A program made the position numbers and the translations under genes. From Alphaproteobacteria bacterium (lineage in GTDB: Bacteria; Pseudomonadota; Alphaproteobacteria; MPNO01; UBA830), in assembly GCA_965243135.1 (NCBI GenBank), contig OZ251539.1, positions 5,792,001-5,856,000 of the forward strand: DNA of 64,000 nt, in the 5' to 3' direction. This document shows, piece by piece, positions 58,775-64,000 of the stretch (the stretch's first letter is position 1; each line of letters opens with the position of its first letter). The notes beneath the pieces are model-generated. The model ran no database searches and was not told the DNA's origin. It worked only from the letters and a program-made list of their open reading frames with translations.

Positions 58775-59938
58775 GTGTACCCGCTCATACTGACCGTCTT
58801 CGTCGACCTGATCGGCTTCGGCATCGTGCTGCCGTTGCTGCCGCTGTACGCGCAGGCTTTCGGCGCGTCGCCCGAGACGGTGACGCTGGTCGCCGCGAGC
58901 TTCACGCTGGCGCAGTCGCTGTTCGGCCCGTTCTGGGGCTGGCTGAGCGACCGCGTCGGCCGTAAGCCCGTGCTGATGATCACCATATTCGGCACGTTCT
59001 GCGCGTATCTTCTGCTGGCGTTCGCAAGCACGCTATGGATGCTGTTCGCCGTGCGGTTTCTCGGCGGCGCCATGGCCGCGAACATGGGCGTCGCGCAGGC
59101 GCTCGTGACGGACATGACGCGCCCGGAGGAACGCACCCGCGGCATCGCCCGGTTGAGCGGGGCCGCCGGGTTGGGATTCGTCGCCGGCCCGGCGATCGGC
59201 GGCCTGCTTGCAGGGTCCGAAGATCCGGATTTCGCGGCGCCTTATCTGGCCGCGGCCGCGTTCTCCGCCGCCGCGTTTCTGCTGGTGGCGCTTCTGGTGC
59301 GGGAGACGGTCACGCCGGAGCAAAAAACGCAGGCGCGGATCGGCGGCGGCTCGTGGCTCCGCCCCGTTCGTCACCGGCAGACCCGGCTTGTCCTGTCCCT
59401 CCTGTTCATGACGCCGTTCGTCTTCGCCGGAATCGAGGTGATCGTCGTTCTCTGGTCGGAACGCGCCTGGAACTGGGGGCCGTGGCAGAACGGTTATTTT
59501 TACGCATGGATGGGGTTATGCCACGTAACCTTCCAGTGGTTCGCGATCGGCCCTCTGGCGCGCCGGTTCGGCGAGCGGGCGATGGTGACGGCGGGGGCTT
59601 TCTGCCTCGGCGCCGGGGTTCTTTGGATGCCGCTGGCGCAGAGCGTTCCCGAGCTCTACGCGGCGGCCTTTCTGATGATTCTGGGCGTGTCCATGAACGC
59701 GGCGTCCCTGAACGCCTTGCTGTCGCAATATGCGGATCCGGAGAATCGCGGCCGGCTGCTGGGCTTGGGCCAGATGTCGGCCGGCGCCGGGCGCATCGCC
59801 GGCCCGGTGCTGGCCGGGGTCGTTTTCGCCAATCTGGGAATCAGCTGGCCGTTTTTCGCAGGCGCGATGGTCATGGTTGCGATGGCTGCGCTCAGCCGCA
59901 GGATTTCGAGTCGGCGGATCGGGCAGGCCCCGCCGTGA
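58775..59938 (+). CDS. MFS transporter (TetA-like)
   Basis: DLIGFGIVLP, G.LSDRVGRKP motif A and multiple TM segments. Confidence 0.9.
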   Translation: MYPLILTVFVDLIGFGIVLPLLPLYAQAFGASPETVTLVAASFTLAQSLFGPFWGWLSDRVGRKPVLMITIFGTFCAYLLLAFASTLWMLFAVRFLGGAMAANMGVAQALVTDMTRPEERTRGIARLSGAAGLGFVAGPAIGGLLAGSEDPDFAAPYLAAAAFSAAAFLLVALLVRETVTPEQKTQARIGGGSWLRPVRHRQTRLVLSLLFMTPFVFAGIEVIVVLWSERAWNWGPWQNGYFYAWMGLCHVTFQWFAIGPLARRFGERAMVTAGAFCLGAGVLWMPLAQSVPELYAAAFLMILGVSMNAASLNALLSQYADPENRGRLLGLGQMSAGAGRIAGPVLAGVVFANLGISWPFFAGAMVMVAMAALSRRISSRRIGQAPP

Positions 59939-60408
59939 CCCCGTGCGGGAATTGCCGGGAGGAGGTCGGCTCGAGCTTGGAACCAGCTTTCCCGCAACCG
60001 TTGCGCATCGGGACAGCTCCGCACGCTCCACGACGGTTTTCAGGAGGAAGCGGAGCGCAGACATCGTCTGAGCGCGGTGTTTCGTGGCGGTTCGCTTTCT
60101 TGGACTGCGATATCGAGTTCTTCGCTATCGGAGGATGGCGGCTTGCAGGATCGTTTCGACAACCGAACGCGTCGCGACGGCGTTCCGCTGGCGCGGACGC
60201 TGAGGCCGCGTCTTCGACAAGGAAATCCCACCCGGCGTTGGACATGCGCAGGTCGCCCTGCGCTCCGGCTTCGCGCGACGGGGCGCTCGACCTTTCCGCA
60301 AGAGAGCGGGCGCTCAAGACAGTGAACGGCAGGGAGGAGCTCCTGTACCCGCTACCGGGGCTGGATGCATCGAAGATTGCAAGATCGCGCCGGGCAGCGA
60401 CGTTCCAC

Positions 60409-60452
60409 TTTGAACCCCCTGTCGGAGGAAATATAATAGACTATGATATAAG
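60409..60452 (+). promoter_or_regulatory. Putative mazEF promoter/operator
   Basis: TTGAAC (60410-15), 16-bp spacer, perfect TATAAT (60432-37), overlapped by the palindrome atag-a-ctat. Confidence 0.55.
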
Positions 60453-60472
60453 TATGGGCGGAGGGTATTCTT

Positions 60473-60706
60473 ATGAATCTTCATATCTGCAAATGGGGCG
60501 GCAGCTTGGCCGTTCGCATTCCCAAGGCTGTGGCCGAACAATGCGGGGTTTCGGAAGGTTCCGCTGTAGCGATAGACGTGCAAGGCGGCCGGATAGTGAT
60601 GCGGAAACGGACCTACGATCTAGCGGACATGCTGACTCAAGTTACGGCGGACAATGCTCATCCTGAGCAGGACATCGGCGATGCTCAAGGTAACGAGCAA
60701 TGGTAA
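60473..60706 (+). CDS. mazE: MazE/AbrB family antitoxin
   Basis: KWGGSLAVRIPK...YDLADML..VT..N.H.E.D.G...G.E.W. Confidence 0.9.
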   Translation: MNLHICKWGGSLAVRIPKAVAEQCGVSEGSAVAIDVQGGRIVMRKRTYDLADMLTQVTADNAHPEQDIGDAQGNEQW

Positions 60707-61048
60707 CTGCGGAGTACGTCCCCGACAGGGGACACATGGCTCGAGTTCTCTCCTCAAGCCGGGCATGAGCAGGCTGGGCACCGTCCTGCCCTAGTTTTGA
60801 GTCCGCGAAACTACAACGAAAAGACAAGCTTGGCGCTGTTTTGCCCCATAACGTCCAAGGTAAAGGGCTATCCTTTCGAGGTCTTGCTTCCTTCTTCGAG
60901 CGCTGTCACGGGTGTCGCCCTTGCGGACCAGATCAGGAGTCTGGATTGGCGGGCGCGCCGCGCTCGGTTCGGTGTTCAGGCACCGCCGGGAGCGGTATCC
61001 GAAGTTCGGGATAAGCTGGCCGCTCTCTTGCTATACGACCTCCCCTGA
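60700..61048 (+). pseudogene. mazF: MazF endoribonuclease toxin, frameshifted after codon 12
   Basis: MVTAEYVPDRGH, then a frame change to WLEFSPQAGHEQAGHRPALVLSP..YN...CPITSKVKGYPFEV...DQIRSLDWRAR. Confidence 0.85.
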
Positions 61049-61703
61049 CTGCGTTTCGGCCTGGTCGGAAGAAACCGTTGAAGCGCTGGGAATTCTAAGC
61101 GAGTTTGTTGCGTGCCTAACCCTGAACTACGGATGGCGGCACGCCGATGTTCTGGCCGACCGGGGTCTTGCGGTTTCGTAGTCGGGTGCAGTCTTCCGCC
61201 AGCGGCTCGGCACGCGCAGACGCCGGAACTCGTGGGGCAGGACCAGGCCCGCCAGACCGAAGACGCGAGCCTGCTGCACGGCGACATCCGTTTTCCGGTA
61301 CTTGGCGCTGCGCGCAGGTCGACGCGGATGCGGCCGTCGCAGGGTTGGAAAGCGACGGCGTGGACAGTCCGGCAACTACGCGCCCCGCGGTTTCCGGTTC
61401 GTCGTCCGGCGGCATGCCCGCTAACCGATGGAGCTGTTTCCTGATGGTCGCGCCCTCAAGGACTTGAGGTTGCAGATACGGCTTCTGCCAACCGTTACGG
61501 CATCTTTTTCGGAGTCTCCAGCCTCGGCGCTCGAAAATCCTTGGAAATCCGCAAATCGCAGGGAGGCGTGCCGCGATTTCGAGCGCGATGCCTTGCGTAT
61601 CCGCGAACCGTCGTGGAAACGATGCGTCGCCTCGGCGAAAACTCCGTTTTGCCTGCCCGCTCGTCTTGGGCTACAACGGGTCCGTCACTTGCTGGGGAGA
61701 GCG

Positions 61704-62564
61704 ATGAAATACCAGGCGCCGGCTTCTCTGGACGACGCGGTCGCCCTTGTCGCGGATGGAAGCGGTGTCGTGCGCGTGCTCGCGGGCGGCACCGACGTTC
61801 TCGTCCAGATGCATTCCGACCTCGTCGAGCCCGACCTTCTGGTCGATATCAAGAACGTCGCGGAGTTGCGCGAAATCTCCCTTGACGGCGGACGCTGGCG
61901 CTTCGGCGCGGCGGCGACCGGCAAGGAACTCATGGATCACGCGGCGTTCAATGCGGCCTGGCCCGGGATCATGGACGGCGTCGGCCTCATCGGCTCCCTG
62001 CAGATAAGGGGCCGGGCGACCGTGGGCGGCAATCTGTGCAACGCCTCGCCCGCCGCCGACGGCGTGCCGCCGCTCATCGCCGCGCGGGCGACGGCCGTAA
62101 TCGCGGGCCCCGCCGGCCGGCGGCGCGTCCCGGTCGAGGAGGTGGCGACCGGACCGGGCGAAACGTCCCTCGCTCCGGGCGAGATCGTCGTCTGCTTCGA
62201 ACTGCCCGAACGCCCGCCCAATTCCGGCGACGCCTATCTGCGCTTCACCCCGCGCACCGAAATGGACATCGCCGTCGTCGGCGCGGCGGTGAACCTGACT
62301 CTCGACGGCGGCGGCGTCTGCACGGACGCGCGGGTGGCGCTCGGCGCCGTCGCGCCGCGGGCGCTGGTGGTCGAAGACGCCGCCGCGGCGTTGATCGGCA
62401 CGCGGGTCGACGAGGCGGCGATGGAGAATCTGGCGGCCGCCGCGAGCGCCGCCTGCGACCCCATCGACGACAAGCGTGGAACCATCGAATACCGGACGGA
62501 AGTGGCGGGCGTCCTTGCCCGCCGCGCCGCCGCGCGCGCGCTGGAAAGGGCGAATTCGCGATGA
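61704..62564 (+). CDS. Xanthine/CO dehydrogenase family FAD-binding subunit
   Basis: LAGGTD, QIR.RATVGGNLCNASPAAD and PIDDKRGT.EYR. Confidence 0.92.
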   Translation: MKYQAPASLDDAVALVADGSGVVRVLAGGTDVLVQMHSDLVEPDLLVDIKNVAELREISLDGGRWRFGAAATGKELMDHAAFNAAWPGIMDGVGLIGSLQIRGRATVGGNLCNASPAADGVPPLIAARATAVIAGPAGRRRVPVEEVATGPGETSLAPGEIVVCFELPERPPNSGDAYLRFTPRTEMDIAVVGAAVNLTLDGGGVCTDARVALGAVAPRALVVEDAAAALIGTRVDEAAMENLAAAASAACDPIDDKRGTIEYRTEVAGVLARRAAARALERANSR

Positions 62565-63037
62565 CGAAGCATCACGTTACCACCACCGTCAACGGCGACG
62601 GCGCGGAGTTTCTCTGCGACGCCACCCAGACCCTGCTGGACGTGCTGCGCGACGAACTGGATCTCACGGGAACCAAGGAAGGGTGCGGCACCGGCGATTG
62701 CGGCGCCTGCACCGTCGTCGTGGACGGCGTCATGGTCTGCTCCTGCCTGGTGCTCGGGGTCGAGGCGGACGGAAAGTCGATCGAGACCATCGAAGGGATG
62801 GCCGAAGGCGAGGAGCTTCATCCGCTGCAGCGGAAGTTCATCGAACGTGTCGCGCTGCAATGCGGAATCTGCACTCCGGGATTGCTGGTGGCGTCGAAGG
62901 CGCTTCTCGACGAGAATCCGGATCCGACCGAGGAAGAAATTCGCTATTGGCTCGCCGGCAACCTGTGCAGGTGCACCGGTTATCACAAGGTCGTCGAGGC
63001 GGTGCAGGACGCCGCCGCAGAATTGCGAGGGAGCTGA
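62561..63037 (+). CDS. Xanthine/CO dehydrogenase family (2Fe-2S) subunit
   Basis: GC..GDCGACT, QCGICTPG and GNLCRCTGY. Confidence 0.95.
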   Translation: MTKHHVTTTVNGDGAEFLCDATQTLLDVLRDELDLTGTKEGCGTGDCGACTVVVDGVMVCSCLVLGVEADGKSIETIEGMAEGEELHPLQRKFIERVALQCGICTPGLLVASKALLDENPDPTEEEIRYWLAGNLCRCTGYHKVVEAVQDAAAELRGS

Positions 63038-63040
63038 GTC

Positions 63041-64000
63041 ATGGGAAGGGCGCCGTCACCCTGGGCCACCAGGATCCCCTACGAAGAAAAGAAGCTGAAG
63101 GTCGTCGGATCGAATCCGACGGCGCGCGGCGACGCGGTCGACAAGGTCACCGGACGGGCGCGGTTCGCCGCCGACGTCAAGCTGCCGGGGCAGCTCTTCG
63201 GCAAGGTTCTGCGCAGCCCTCACGCCCGCGCGAATTTGATTTCGATCGACGCGTCCGAAGCCGAAAGGCTGCCGGGCGTGAAGGCGGTCGTCACGCGCGA
63301 CGATTTTCCCGACATGGAGGTCGAGCACGCCGCGTCGGGCGAACTCATGGTCAATTTCCGCGACGTCACCCGCAACATGATGGCGCGCGAGAACGTGCTT
63401 TACGACGGCCATCCGGTCGCCGCCGTCGCCGCCGCGAGCGATGCGGTCGCCCGCCGGGCGTTGAAGCTGATCAAGGTCGAGTACGAGGTGTTGCCGCACG
63501 TGATCGACGTCGTCGAGGCGATGAAGCCGGACGCTCCCGTTCTCCACGAGGACCAGTTCACGCGCGGCGTCGACCCTGCGCCCGACCGGCCGTCGAACGT
63601 CGCGGCGCGCCTCGAAAGCAAGCTGGGCGACGTCGAGAAGGGCTTCGCCGAGGCCGACGTGATCGTCGAGCGCGAATGCAGCACCAAGCCGGTCCATCAG
63701 GGGTATATCGAGCCTCAGGCCTGCGTCGCGAACTATACCGAAGGCGGCTACGCCGAAGTGTGGACCTCGACGCAGGGGCATTTCGTGTTCCGGGCGCAGA
63801 TCGCCAAGCTGCTGAAGATGGACATGTCGAAGGTCAAGGTGATTCCGACGGAAATCGGCGGCGGCTTCGGAGGAAAGAACAACGTCTATCTCGAGCCGCT
63901 GGCCGTGGCGTTGTCGCGCAAGGCGAAGCGCCCGGTCAGGATCGTCATGGACCGCGACGAAGTATTCCGCGCGACGGGGCCGACCTCGGGCACGAACGTC
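63041..64000 (+). CDS. Xanthine/CO dehydrogenase family molybdopterin-binding subunit (runs off window end)
   Basis: DAVDKVTGRARFAAD, LRSPHARA, HQGYIEP, STQG and IGGGFGGK. Confidence 0.92.
   Translation, partial: MGRAPSPWATRIPYEEKKLKVVGSNPTARGDAVDKVTGRARFAADVKLPGQLFGKVLRSPHARANLISIDASEAERLPGVKAVVTRDDFPDMEVEHAASGELMVNFRDVTRNMMARENVLYDGHPVAAVAAASDAVARRALKLIKVEYEVLPHVIDVVEAMKPDAPVLHEDQFTRGVDPAPDRPSNVAARLESKLGDVEKGFAEADVIVERECSTKPVHQGYIEPQACVANYTEGGYAEVWTSTQGHFVFRAQIAKLLKMDMSKVKVIPTEIGGGFGGKNNVYLEPLAVALSRKAKRPVRIVMDRDEVFRATGPTSGTNV

Noticed and set aside
61050-61700. Short ORFs between mazF and the dehydrogenase operon
   Set aside because: No motif, RBS or family resemblance that I can support.

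Overview
High-GC bacterial chromosome segment. The housekeeping content (DUF1491, Coq7, GluQ, EtfAB, TIGR01459 HAD, HIG1-type small protein) points to an alphaproteobacterium; the taxon is inferred, not proven. The backbone is metabolic: acyl-CoA ligases, a branched-chain-amino-acid-type ABC transporter, HtrA protease, MetY, GMC oxidoreductase, P450, etfBA-hbd and a xanthine-dehydrogenase-family operon, plus one tRNA-Leu(CAA). Small, lower-GC accessory inserts with no integrase interrupt it. The strongest candidate for an unusual system is an intact four-gene operon at 6398-9547: a ubiquitin-like protein with no C-terminal Gly, an E2-like protein with Ser at the apparent catalytic position, a JAB-peptidase/E1 fusion and a DUF2971 protein. 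Other highlights: (1) an autotransporter whose putative promoter has a G15 tract filling a 17-bp -35/-10 spacer (candidate phase variation), flanked by 167-bp direct repeats and followed by a beta-barrel remnant; (2) a decaying cassette beside tRNA-Leu bounded by ~220-bp direct repeats; (3) an intact RHH-DprA gene followed by a HAD/PRTase remnant (ShosTA-like); (4) mazEF with a frameshifted toxin. All family calls come from motifs read by eye; no database searches were run.
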